NCBI GenBank assembly: GCA_900617105.1
Contig: UYFQ01000803.1
Coordinates: 1 to 62,616 of the forward strand
Direction: 5' to 3'
From: Hydrurus foetidus
Lineage: Eukaryota
DNA: 62,616 nucleotides
The notes under the pieces were generated by a model. That model saw only the letters and a program-made list of their open reading frames with translations, was not told the DNA's origin and searched no databases. Positions 9,984 through 18,385 of the stretch are shown in pieces (the first letter of the stretch is position 1; each line of letters opens with the position of its first letter). Both the position numbers and the translations under genes were made by a program.

Positions 9984-10793
9984 TATCCGACCCCCAACAT
10001 CGTTCTCAACGTGAATGGCATCGAGGTCATTTACAACCACGTCATCCTGGTGCTCAAGGGCGTCTCGCTGCAAGTACCGGAGGGCGGCATCGTCGCCATT
10101 CTGGGCGGCAACGGCGCGGGCAAGACGACCACCTTGCGGGCGGTAAGCAACCTGCTGGCGGGGGAGCGTGGTGCGGTGACCAAGGGCAGCATCGAGTTGC
10201 GCGGCGAGCGCATTGAGAACCTCAGCCCGGCTGACCTGGTGCAGCGCGGCGTGGTGCAGGTGATGGAAGGTCGGCACTGTTTTGCCCACCTGACGATTGA
10301 AGAGAACCTGCTGACCGGCGCCTACACGCGCAAAAGCAAGGCCGAGGTGGCGGCGAACCTGGAGAAGGTCTACGCCTACTTTCCACGCCTCAAGACCCGA
10401 CGTACCAGCCAGGCGGCCTACACCTCGGGGGGTGAGCAGCAGATGTGCGCGATTGGCCGCGCGCTCATGGCCAACCCCAGCATGGTGCTGCTGGACGAAC
10501 CGTCCATGGGGCTGGCGCCGCAGATTGTTGAAGAAGTGTTTGAGATCGTCAAAGACCTGAACACCAAAGAGAAGGTCACATTTTTGCTTGCCGAGCAGAA
10601 CACCAACATGGCGCTCAAGTACGCCGACTACGGCTACATCATGGAAAGCGGCCGCGTGGTGATGGACGGCGCTGCCGCAGACCTGCGCACCAACGAAGAC
10701 GTGAAAGAGTTCTACCTGGGCGTAGGCGGCGGCGAGCGCAAGAGCTTCAAAGACGTGAAGAGCTACAAGCGCCGCAAGCGCTGGTTGGCTTGA
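9984..10793 (+). CDS. ABC transporter ATP-binding protein (LivF-like); start codon apparently damaged
   Basis: GGNGAGKTT, TSGGEQQM, LLDEPSMGL; AAAGG RBS followed by AT-CCG where ATG-CCG is expected. Confidence 0.85.
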   Translation, partial: YPTPNIVLNVNGIEVIYNHVILVLKGVSLQVPEGGIVAILGGNGAGKTTTLRAVSNLLAGERGAVTKGSIELRGERIENLSPADLVQRGVVQVMEGRHCFAHLTIEENLLTGAYTRKSKAEVAANLEKVYAYFPRLKTRRTSQAAYTSGGEQQMCAIGRALMANPSMVLLDEPSMGLAPQIVEEVFEIVKDLNTKEKVTFLLAEQNTNMALKYADYGYIMESGRVVMDGAAADLRTNEDVKEFYLGVGGGERKSFKDVKSYKRRKRWLA

Positions 10794-10803
10794 GGAGACC
10801 CCC

Positions 10804-12057
10804 ATGACCCGCACCTACGACGCCCTGGAAACCCGTTCCCCCGAAGCGCGTGAAGCCGCGCTGATGGCGGCACTGCCTGCCCAGGTGGCCTACGCGCAGC
10901 GCCAGGCCCCCGCCTTTGCCCGCATTCTGAACGGCGTGGACGCCAGTCAGGTGGTGGACCGCATGGCGCTGGCCAAGCTGCCGGTGACGCGCAAGTCCGA
11001 GCTGCAGGCCCTGCAGCAGGCCGCGCGGGCCGAGGGCGGCAGTGTGTTTGGCGGCTTCAGTGCGCTGGGTTTTGGGGCGGCCATGCCGCGTGTGTTCGCC
11101 AGCCCAGGTTCGATCTACGAGCCCGAGGGCACGGGTAAAGACTACTGGCGCATGGCGCGCGCCATTTATGCGGCCGGCTTTCGGCCGGGCGAGCTGATTC
11201 ACAACAGCTTCAGCTACCACTTTGTGCCCGCGGGCTCGATGATGGAAACCGGTGCCCATGCACTGGGTTGCACCGTGTTCCCCGGCGGCACGGGCCAGAC
11301 CGAGCAGCAGGTGCAGGCCATGCGCGAGCTGCAACCCGCGGGCTACATCGGCACGCCCAGTTTTCTGAAAATCATTCTGGAAAAGGCCGCCGAGATGGGC
11401 GTCACCATTCCCAGCGTGACCAAGGCCATGTTTGGCGGCGAGGCGTTTCCGCCGTCCTTGCGCGACTGGTTTTTGGAGCGGGGTGTGGACGCCTACCAGT
11501 GCTACGCCACGGCCGACCTGGGGCTGATTGCTTATGAGACCTCGGCCCGTGAAGGCCTGGTGCTGGACGAAGGGGTGATTGTGGAAATCGTGCGCCCCGG
11601 CACCGGCGACCCGGTGGCCGAGGGCGAGGTGGGGGAGGTGGTGATGACCACGCTGGGCGCGGGCTACCCGCTGGTGCGCTTTGGCACCGGTGACCTGTCG
11701 GCCGTGCTGGCCGGGCCGTGCCCCACGGGCCGCACCAACACCCGTATCAAGGGCTGGATGGGCCGGGCCGACCAGACCACCAAGGTGCGCGGCATGTTTG
11801 TGCATCCCAAGCAGGTGGACGAGATTGCCAAGCGCTTCCCCGAGGTGGGCCGCGCCCGCTTGGTGGTGAGTGGCGAGATGGCCAACGACGCCATGACGCT
11901 GCTGTTGGAAGTGGTGGATCAGCCCGACGGACTGGCCGGCCGCGTGGGCGAAGCGATCCGCGATGTGACCAAGCTGCGCGGCGACGTGCAACTGGTGGCG
12001 CCGGGCACGCTGCCCAACGACGGCAAGGTGATCGAGGACGCGCGCAGCTACCGTTGA
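10804..12057 (+). CDS. Phenylacetate-CoA ligase-like AMP-binding protein
   Basis: LPVTRKSEL, YIGTPSFL, YATADLG, RFGTGDLS, GRADQTTKVRG. Confidence 0.88.
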   Translation: MTRTYDALETRSPEAREAALMAALPAQVAYAQRQAPAFARILNGVDASQVVDRMALAKLPVTRKSELQALQQAARAEGGSVFGGFSALGFGAAMPRVFASPGSIYEPEGTGKDYWRMARAIYAAGFRPGELIHNSFSYHFVPAGSMMETGAHALGCTVFPGGTGQTEQQVQAMRELQPAGYIGTPSFLKIILEKAAEMGVTIPSVTKAMFGGEAFPPSLRDWFLERGVDAYQCYATADLGLIAYETSAREGLVLDEGVIVEIVRPGTGDPVAEGEVGEVVMTTLGAGYPLVRFGTGDLSAVLAGPCPTGRTNTRIKGWMGRADQTTKVRGMFVHPKQVDEIAKRFPEVGRARLVVSGEMANDAMTLLLEVVDQPDGLAGRVGEAIRDVTKLRGDVQLVAPGTLPNDGKVIEDARSYR

Positions 12058-12061
12058 ACGC

Positions 12062-12394
12062 TCAGGTTCCCCAGACGATTTCTTTGTCGGCCTTCAGGCA
12101 GCGCTGCAGCATCTCCAGCATCGGAACGGCCCGCTGACGCAGCGACACCCCGGCAGCAGCAGGGGCGCTTTCACCACGCTCCTGTGCCTCCAGCGCGGCC
12201 TGGGCGCGCTGGGCGTCTTCTGCTGCAACGGCGGCTTCCAGTGCGGCCTTGGCGGCCGGCATGTCTTCGGGCAGCAGGATGCCCTTGGCCGGTGCGCCTT
12301 CTTCCCACTTGCCCCAGATCTGCAGGATCTGCCGGCCATTGGGTTCGAGCATGATGAGGTCGCCGGTGACCTTGGATTTGAACTTGTAGAGCAT
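12062..12394 (-). CDS. DUF1840 family protein
   Basis: MLYKFKSKVTGDLIML...VSLRQRAVPMLEMLQR..IVWG pattern; GGA/GAG-poor upstream extension ignored. Confidence 0.8.
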   Translation of the reverse strand: MLYKFKSKVTGDLIMLEPNGRQILQIWGKWEEGAPAKGILLPEDMPAAKAALEAAVAAEDAQRAQAALEAQERGESAPAAAGVSLRQRAVPMLEMLQRCLKADKEIVWGT

Positions 12395-12470
12395 GGAGAG
12401 GACCCAGGTTTTATGGTGCAATGTGCCCACCCTTTGTACCCCAACCGCAATTGACCCGAGGAGCACCACC

Positions 12471-12797
12471 GTGGCAGACCTTCATATTGTTCGTGAGCAC
12501 GCGCTGGGCCTGGCCGCAGCCCGCAAGATTGCCTTCACCTGGGCCGAGCAGGTTGAGCAGGAATTTGGCATGGAATGCACCTACGCCGAAGGCAAGGTGG
12601 CGGACGAAGTGGAGTTCACACGTTCGGGCGTCAAAGGCACGCTGCAGGTGACGGCCGACCGCTTGGAACTGAACGCCAAGCTGGGCTTTTTGCTGGGCGC
12701 GTTCAAGGACAAAATTGAGGCCGAGATCGTCAAGAACCTGGACCAGCTGCTGGCCCCCGCAGCCGCCAAAGCCAAAGCACCGGCGAAAAAAAAGTAG
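12471..12797 (+). CDS. Polyhydroxyalkanoic acid system (PHA granule region) protein
   Basis: GTG after GAGGAG; MADLHIVREHALGL..F.RSGVKG.L.V..L.AKLGFLL.AFK..IE.EI..NLD. Confidence 0.85.
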   Translation: MADLHIVREHALGLAAARKIAFTWAEQVEQEFGMECTYAEGKVADEVEFTRSGVKGTLQVTADRLELNAKLGFLLGAFKDKIEAEIVKNLDQLLAPAAAKAKAPAKKK

Positions 12798-12815
12798 CGT
12801 AGACGCTACTTTTTT
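12788..12815. terminator. Bidirectional terminator-like hairpin between convergent genes
   Basis: AAAAAAGTAGCGT-AG-ACGCTACTTTTTT; the right arm is the start of repeat copy B. Confidence 0.6.
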
Positions 12816-12859
12816 GATAGCTGCTCGCGCAGCGTTGACGGGGGCTAGAGGCCGATTTA
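12805..12859 (+). repeat. 55-bp interspersed repeat, copy B (overlaps ACBP stop)
   Basis: GCTACTTTTTTGATAGCTGCTCGCGCAGCGTTGACGGGGGCTAGAGGCCGATTTA. Confidence 0.85.
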
Positions 12860-13111
12860 GCTTAAAGACTCGATCAGATCGACGTATTGTTGCATCGCGT
12901 CGGCATTGGCCGTGCCCTTGAAGCCGTTCCAGGCGTCCCACTTGGCGCGGCCTACCATGTCGGCAAAGCCAGGCTTCTTCTCGGTGTTGTCGCCGGTGGT
13001 GGCTTGCTTGTAGAGCGCGTAGATCTTCAGCAGGGTGCCGTTGTCGGGGCGCTCGCTGAGGTTCTTGGAATTGGCTACAGCGGCTTCGAAAGTGGCTTGC
13101 AGGTCGGCCAT
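12857..13111 (-). CDS. Acyl-CoA-binding protein (ACBP)
   Basis: LLKIYALYKQAT.GD..KPG..D..GRAKWDAW..KG..AMQQY. Confidence 0.95.
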   Translation of the reverse strand: MADLQATFEAAVANSKNLSERPDNGTLLKIYALYKQATTGDNTEKKPGFADMVGRAKWDAWNGFKGTANADAMQQYVDLIESLS

Positions 13112-13256
13112 GGTGTTCTCCGGTGAAGGGGGCTATCAGGTCTAGGGTGCACACCCGAATCTTCCGGGTGCTTGTCCCATATCTTACGGTGCGATTTGAC
13201 TGCAGAATAGGCGCGCGTCCCCAACCCCAGTCCATCCACGCCCAGCCGGAGAATCC

Positions 13257-14810
13257 ATGGTCACCAGAGTTCTTGCCAAAGATGTTGCCCAAAAAGCCAA
13301 ACGCCAGACCCAAAAAGCTGCGCGTGTGGTGCAAAAGAATGTGACCGATGCGGTGATCGGCTCGCTGGGCCTGCAGGGCGAGCGCATGAGCAAGGTGGAC
13401 ACCGCCTGGCTGCGCATGGACTCGGCCTCCAATCTGATGATGATTCTGGGCGTCTGGGTGATCCACCCCAAGCTGAAATACGAAGATCTGGCCCAGCGCA
13501 TTGAAGAGCGGCTGCTGAAGTACCCGCGCTTTGTGCAGTGCGCGGTGGAAGACGCGGCCGGCGCCACCTGGGTGAAAGACACCGCGTTTGACCTGCGCAA
13601 CCACCTGGTGCGCGAGACCCTGCCCAAAAAGCCTGCGGGCCGCGAGCAAGAGGCCCTGCAAGACCGCCTGGCCCAGCTGACCATGGAGCCGCTGAGCCGG
13701 CACCGCCCGCTGTGGCAGTTCCACCTGGTGGAGGACTACAAAGGTGGTTCGGCCCTGATGGTGCGCATCCACCACTGCATTGCCGATGGCATTGCGCTGA
13801 TTTCGGTCACCCAGTCGCTGGTGGATGGCGGCGCGCCACCTCCCGTGCGCGCCCCCCGCGAGGCCCGTGCCGACGGCATGGAGGGCGCTGAAGCCTGGAT
13901 TGCCGATGCCCTGCTCAAGCCGCTGACCAACATGACCGTGAAGGCCTTGGGCGCCGCGGGCGAGGGCGCCGCACGTTCCATGGGCCTGCTGATGGAGCCG
14001 CAAAAGGGCATGGAGCAGGGCATGCACTCCTCGGTGGACGCGGCCAAGATGGCCTACCAGGTGGTCACCGACCTCGCCTCGCTGGCGCTGATGCCCGACG
14101 ATTCGCCCACCCGGCTCAAGGGCACGCCCGGCAGCTCCAAGCGCGTGGCCTGGTGCCAGCCGATTCCGCTGGAAGAAGTGAAGGCCGTGGGCAAGGCACT
14201 GAACTGCTCGATCAACGATGTGCTGCTGAGCTGCGTTGCCGGCGCCATTGGCGAGTACCTGCGCGACCACGGCGATGCGGTGGCGGGCAAGGAGATTCGC
14301 GCCATGGTGCCGGTGAACCTGCGCCCCATCGAGAACGCCTACAAGCTGGGCAACCAGTTTGGCCTGGCGCCGCTGGTGCTGCCCGTGGGCATGGACAACC
14401 CGATTGAGCGCGTGTACGAGGTGCGCAGCCGCATGCGTGGGCTCAAGGGCAGCATGCAGCCGCTGCTGGCGTTTGGCCTGCTGGCCGTGGCGGGCTTGCT
14501 GATCAAGCCGGCGCAGGATGCGCTGCTGAACCTGTTCTCCAAGAAGACCACGGCCGTGATGACGAATGTGCCAGGGCCGCGCGAGAAGCTCAAGATCTGC
14601 GGCTCCACCATCGAGGAAACGCTGTTTTGGGTGCCCCAAAGTGGATCGGTGGGGCTGGGCGTGTCCATCCTGAGCTATGGCGGCGGCGTGCAGTTTGGCG
14701 TTGTGTCCGATTCCAAGCTGTGCCCAGACCCGCAAAGAATCATCGATCAGTTTGAGCCCGAGTTCGCCAAGCTGTCGATGCTGACGCTGATGTTGCCCTG
14801 GGGCGAGTAA
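13257..14810 (+). CDS. Wax ester synthase/diacylglycerol acyltransferase (WS/DGAT)
   Basis: Catalytic HHCIADG, MSKVDTAWLRMDS, RPLWQFHLVE, INDVLL, MVPVNLR, TNVPGP. Confidence 0.93.
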   Translation: MVTRVLAKDVAQKAKRQTQKAARVVQKNVTDAVIGSLGLQGERMSKVDTAWLRMDSASNLMMILGVWVIHPKLKYEDLAQRIEERLLKYPRFVQCAVEDAAGATWVKDTAFDLRNHLVRETLPKKPAGREQEALQDRLAQLTMEPLSRHRPLWQFHLVEDYKGGSALMVRIHHCIADGIALISVTQSLVDGGAPPPVRAPREARADGMEGAEAWIADALLKPLTNMTVKALGAAGEGAARSMGLLMEPQKGMEQGMHSSVDAAKMAYQVVTDLASLALMPDDSPTRLKGTPGSSKRVAWCQPIPLEEVKAVGKALNCSINDVLLSCVAGAIGEYLRDHGDAVAGKEIRAMVPVNLRPIENAYKLGNQFGLAPLVLPVGMDNPIERVYEVRSRMRGLKGSMQPLLAFGLLAVAGLLIKPAQDALLNLFSKKTTAVMTNVPGPREKLKICGSTIEETLFWVPQSGSVGLGVSILSYGGGVQFGVVSDSKLCPDPQRIIDQFEPEFAKLSMLTLMLPWGE

Positions 14811-14844
14811 GCCCCGATAAGCCCCGCTTAGGGCCGGTTGCCGC

Positions 14845-15618
14845 TCAGGCGGTAAGTTCGGCCTTGACCAAGGCCACGCCCAGGTGGCCCATGGCGTCCA
14901 GAGGCGGCAGGGCCGCGGCTTTTTCGTAGAGCCGGTGCGCTTCTTCCAGCTTGGCATCGCCGTCCAGCATCACCAGCGCCCTGGCGTATTCGGTCAGCGC
15001 AATGGCCGAGTGCGGCAAGCGTTCCAGTCCCTGCGCAAACAAGGCCAGGCTGGTGTTTTTCTTGGCGCCGTAGGTCATGCTGCCGATCAGCGGGCCCACT
15101 TTGTCAATCACTTCTGCGTGAAAGGTGCCTAGCGCAATGCAGGCATCGGCGTGTGCGGGTTGCAGCGCAATGGCAGTCTCCAGCGAGGCCTTGACCTTGC
15201 CACCCAGGCCTTGGGCCAGCGCCTTGGCCACGCTGACGCCTTGGGTGTAGCGTCCCAACGCGTAGCCGTGCAGGTAGTGGGCGTTGGCGTGTTGGGGCTG
15301 CGCGGCAGCGTGGGCTGCGGTGCGTTGGGCAATATCCCAGAACAGGTCTTGCCGCACTTTCTCGCGCGGCTCCAGGTAGTCCGCGTGGATCAGCCGTGCT
15401 TTGTTGGCCACGATGAGGCCGTCAGCCCCCAGCTGTTCGCCAGCCTGCGCGGCGGCTTCAAACTCGCCCCGGTGGAACAGCACCCAGGCGGCCAGCACGC
15501 GCGGGTCTTCGGGCAGGGGCTCGAGGTTTCCCGCATGCAGGCGGCTCCACTGCGCGGCCACGGTGGTGGCGTCAAACGGGTAGCTGGCGGTGTGGGGGAA
15601 GGGCGTCCAGGCGGGCAT
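14845..15618 (-). CDS. Conserved hypothetical TPR-like protein
   Basis: Helical-repeat pattern (HANAHYLHGYALGRY, HADACIALGTFHAE); host-like codon usage; co-oriented with TetR and patatin. Confidence 0.7.
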   Translation of the reverse strand: MPAWTPFPHTASYPFDATTVAAQWSRLHAGNLEPLPEDPRVLAAWVLFHRGEFEAAAQAGEQLGADGLIVANKARLIHADYLEPREKVRQDLFWDIAQRTAAHAAAQPQHANAHYLHGYALGRYTQGVSVAKALAQGLGGKVKASLETAIALQPAHADACIALGTFHAEVIDKVGPLIGSMTYGAKKNTSLALFAQGLERLPHSAIALTEYARALVMLDGDAKLEEAHRLYEKAAALPPLDAMGHLGVALVKAELTA

Positions 15619-15627
15619 GGTGAGGTC

Positions 15628-16284
15628 TCAGGGGCTGGTGTAGGCACCGGCCAGGTGGAGCAAATGGGTGCGCTGCTGCGCCTCCATGTAGGGCACCAGC
15701 AGGTTGAGCACATGGTGGGCGCCGCGCATCAGCGCAGCCTGGGCACTGGCAGGCTCCAGCGCGTTGCGCGGGTCGCGCACGTATTCAAAGCTCAGCCAGT
15801 AGGTCAGCACCACCACCATGCTGGTGGCGGTGGGCTCCATTTCGCGCGAGTCCATGCGCAGCGCGCCGGAGCGCGCCATGCTCTCCAGCAGGGCGCGGAT
15901 GGAGCGGGTCTTGTTCTTCAGCACGCTCTGAAAATGCGTTTCCAGGCGACGGTTCTTGCTCAGCAGGTCGTTGAGGTCGCGGTACAAAAAGCGGTACTGC
16001 CAAATCAGCTCGAACAGCGTGTGCATGAAGAACCAGGCGTCTTCCACATCGCGTGCGTTGTCGCTGGCGTTGAGCACCTCGTTCAGCGAGCGCTCGTAGC
16101 GGTCAAACAGCGAGTTGATCAGCTCGTCCTTGGCCGGGTAGTGGTAGTACAGGTTGCCGGGGCTGATGCCCAGTTCGGCAGAAATCAGCGTGGTGGAGAC
16201 GTTGGGTTCGCCAAAGCGGTTGAACAGCTCCAGCGTGACTTCCAGAATACGTTCGGCGGTGCGGCGGGGGGCTTTTTTGACCAT
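15628..16284 (-). CDS. TetR family regulator (PhaD-like)
   Basis: RILEVTLELFNRFGEPNVSTTLISAELGISPGNLYYHY, resembling Pseudomonas PhaD. Confidence 0.88.
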   Translation of the reverse strand: MVKKAPRRTAERILEVTLELFNRFGEPNVSTTLISAELGISPGNLYYHYPAKDELINSLFDRYERSLNEVLNASDNARDVEDAWFFMHTLFELIWQYRFLYRDLNDLLSKNRRLETHFQSVLKNKTRSIRALLESMARSGALRMDSREMEPTATSMVVVLTYWLSFEYVRDPRNALEPASAQAALMRGAHHVLNLLVPYMEAQQRTHLLHLAGAYTSP

Positions 16285-16293
16285 GGGGCGCCT

Positions 16294-17541
16294 TCAGTGC
16301 AGGGCTTGGGTGGCAGGCTGGGCCACCAAGGCGCCCAGGTCACTCATGATTTCTTGCAGGCTGGCAATGGCCCGGCCCAGCTCGGTAGGCGGCTTTTGGG
16401 GCGAGCACAAGTGGCGTTTAGGGTCGTCCAACACATCGTGCTTCAGCGTGATGCCGTGGCGCACCAGCTTGGCCGACAGTCCGGTTTTGCGCGAGCGCAG
16501 CATCTGGCGCGTCTGCTGGTAGGCATGTTCGGCCAGGTGGCGGCGTTGCGCGTAGCTGAAGGTGTTGGCCAGGTAAAGCTCGGGATCGCGGTGGTCGGGC
16601 TCTATCCACACGATGTCGGTGTTGGGGTAGGCGTGTGCGTAGTGCTTCATGCCCAGTTCCATGCGCGAGTGGATCATGGAGCGGAAGGTCTGGCTCAGCA
16701 CGGCGGGCAGGCCGCCATCCACGATGCGCGGGATCTTGCGCTTCTCTGGCGGCATGCCGCGTTGCATCAGCTTGTCAAACTGCGGGGCGGTGGCGTTAAA
16801 CGGCACCAGCGGGTTCAGGCAGATCATCAGGTCCACACCGTCGTCCAGCGCCACCGAGGCGTGCATGGTCTTTTTCAGCGCACCGTCCACGTAGTACTGG
16901 TCGTCAATCTCGACCGGAGGGAACAGGCCCGGCAAGGCCGAACTGGCCTGCACGGCACGCGAGATGGGCACATGGTCAAAGCCCGGGCGGCCAAACGGGG
17001 CGGCCTCCGCGCTGTCCAGGTTGGTGGCAACCAGCGTGAGTTTGGTTTTGAGTTCGCGAAAATCGTTGGTGCGCCCGGGCTGGCTGAACAGGCGGGCCAG
17101 TTGGGTGTGCACCTGCTCGTTCGAGAAGATGCCAGTGGGCAGGCCGGGGCCCAAATCTTCCAGTGCCCGCAGCAGCGAAGTGCGGCCGCTGAGCACCCGC
17201 CAAGCCACCTGCAGCGCTAGGCCCGGCAGCATGACGCCGCGGCGCACGAATTCGCTGTAGGCCGGCTCCATGAGCCAGGAGGGATCGAAGGTCTCAGAGG
17301 GCGTGCCGTCGTTCTCGATGAACGAGGCGCACATTTCGCGTGGTGTCATGCCGTTGGCCAGGGCTGCCACGATGAAGCCGCCTGCCGAAACGCCTACGTA
17401 GTGGTCGAGCTGGTTGAAGTCCAGACCTTGCAGCGATTCTTCCAGCGCGCACATGGCGCCGACTTCGTAAATGGCCCCCAACGGCCCCCCGCCCGCCAAT
17501 GCCAGCGCAATTTTGGGAGGGGTCTTTTTTCGAACGGTCAT
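16294..17541 (-). CDS. Patatin-like phospholipase/lipase
   Basis: LAGGG, GVSAG nucleophile elbow, DGA motif. Confidence 0.92.
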   Translation of the reverse strand: MTVRKKTPPKIALALAGGGPLGAIYEVGAMCALEESLQGLDFNQLDHYVGVSAGGFIVAALANGMTPREMCASFIENDGTPSETFDPSWLMEPAYSEFVRRGVMLPGLALQVAWRVLSGRTSLLRALEDLGPGLPTGIFSNEQVHTQLARLFSQPGRTNDFRELKTKLTLVATNLDSAEAAPFGRPGFDHVPISRAVQASSALPGLFPPVEIDDQYYVDGALKKTMHASVALDDGVDLMICLNPLVPFNATAPQFDKLMQRGMPPEKRKIPRIVDGGLPAVLSQTFRSMIHSRMELGMKHYAHAYPNTDIVWIEPDHRDPELYLANTFSYAQRRHLAEHAYQQTRQMLRSRKTGLSAKLVRHGITLKHDVLDDPKRHLCSPQKPPTELGRAIASLQEIMSDLGALVAQPATQALH

Positions 17542-17576
17542 AGTCCCAAAGTGTAGATGCCGGGATGCCCGCTTTT

Positions 17577-17591
17577 TGTTGCATTGCAGCA
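17577..17591. promoter_or_regulatory. Possible PhaR-type operator upstream of patatin-TetR-TPR genes
   Basis: Near-palindrome TGTTGCATTGCAGCA with TGC-N-GCA arms. Confidence 0.35.
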
Positions 17592-17607
17592 GGGTGTCGC
17601 GGGCGCA

Positions 17608-17633
17608 AAAAAGGGCGCCGGGGCGCCCTTTTT
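17608..17633. terminator. Intrinsic terminator after phasin gene
   Basis: AAAAAGGGCGCC-GG-GGCGCCCTTTTT. Confidence 0.75.
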
Positions 17634-17658
17634 CAAGAGTGGAAAAGCCGCATCCAGC

Positions 17659-18192
17659 TTAGGCTGCGGGTGCGTCGCGCTTAACGGCGGCCTTTTTGGC
17701 AGGAGCTTTCACGGCCTTCTTGGCAGGGGCAGGGGCGGGGGCGGGGGCCGGAGCCACTTTTTTGACAGCAGCGGGCGCCTTGGTGGACAGTTTTTGTACG
17801 GCCTTGTTCAGGTCGTCAATGCGGGCGATCAGAGCGCTCACGTCTTTGGCAGACGGCACGCCTAGCTTGTTCAGCGCCTTGGCCACGCGTTCTTCAAAGA
17901 TATTTTCCAGCTTGTCCCACTGGCCGGAGGCCTTGCTGGAGATGTCGGTGGCCATGGTGGACATCTTGGCGGTGGCTTCAGAGATCTTCTCTTCGGCGGC
18001 GGCCTGGGTCTTGCGCTGGATGCTCACGCCTTCCTTGACCAGAGATTCAAAGGCCTTGCTGCCTTCGGCTTGCGCGCGGGTGAAAGCACCCAGGCCGGCT
18101 TGCCAGATCTGCTGGGCCGAGTCCTTAACGGAGCCGGACAAGTGGATGCCGGCGGCTTGGGTGGGTTGCTTCTTTTGCAGTTTTTTGACCAT
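17659..18192 (-). CDS. Phasin family protein (PhaF/PhaI-like) with Lys/Ala/Pro-rich tail
   Basis: SAQQIWQAGLGAF..EGSK.F..LVKEG, WDKLENIFEERVAKALNKLGVPS; histone-H1-like C-terminus. Confidence 0.9.
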   Translation of the reverse strand: MVKKLQKKQPTQAAGIHLSGSVKDSAQQIWQAGLGAFTRAQAEGSKAFESLVKEGVSIQRKTQAAAEEKISEATAKMSTMATDISSKASGQWDKLENIFEERVAKALNKLGVPSAKDVSALIARIDDLNKAVQKLSTKAPAAVKKVAPAPAPAPAPAKKAVKAPAKKAAVKRDAPAA

Positions 18193-18385
18193 GATGGGCT
18201 CCGGGGGATTGGTGGGCGATGCAGGCCCGACTCTAAGGCCAGTTGGCGTCAGTTTGTAGATGGGCTCTACTAACCGCGAGTGCAGGCTGCAATCACAATC
18301 GCCACCCGCAGATTTTGTTGCGGGTTTACGATGAATGAGACGCCCCGCGAAGTCGGTCAGAATGCCTTGATTCTTTGGAGTGTGT

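Noticed and set aside
12411..17220. 848-aa (12411-14957, minus) and 689-aa (15151-17220, plus) ORFs
   Set aside because: Antisense shadows caused by high-GC codon bias of real genes
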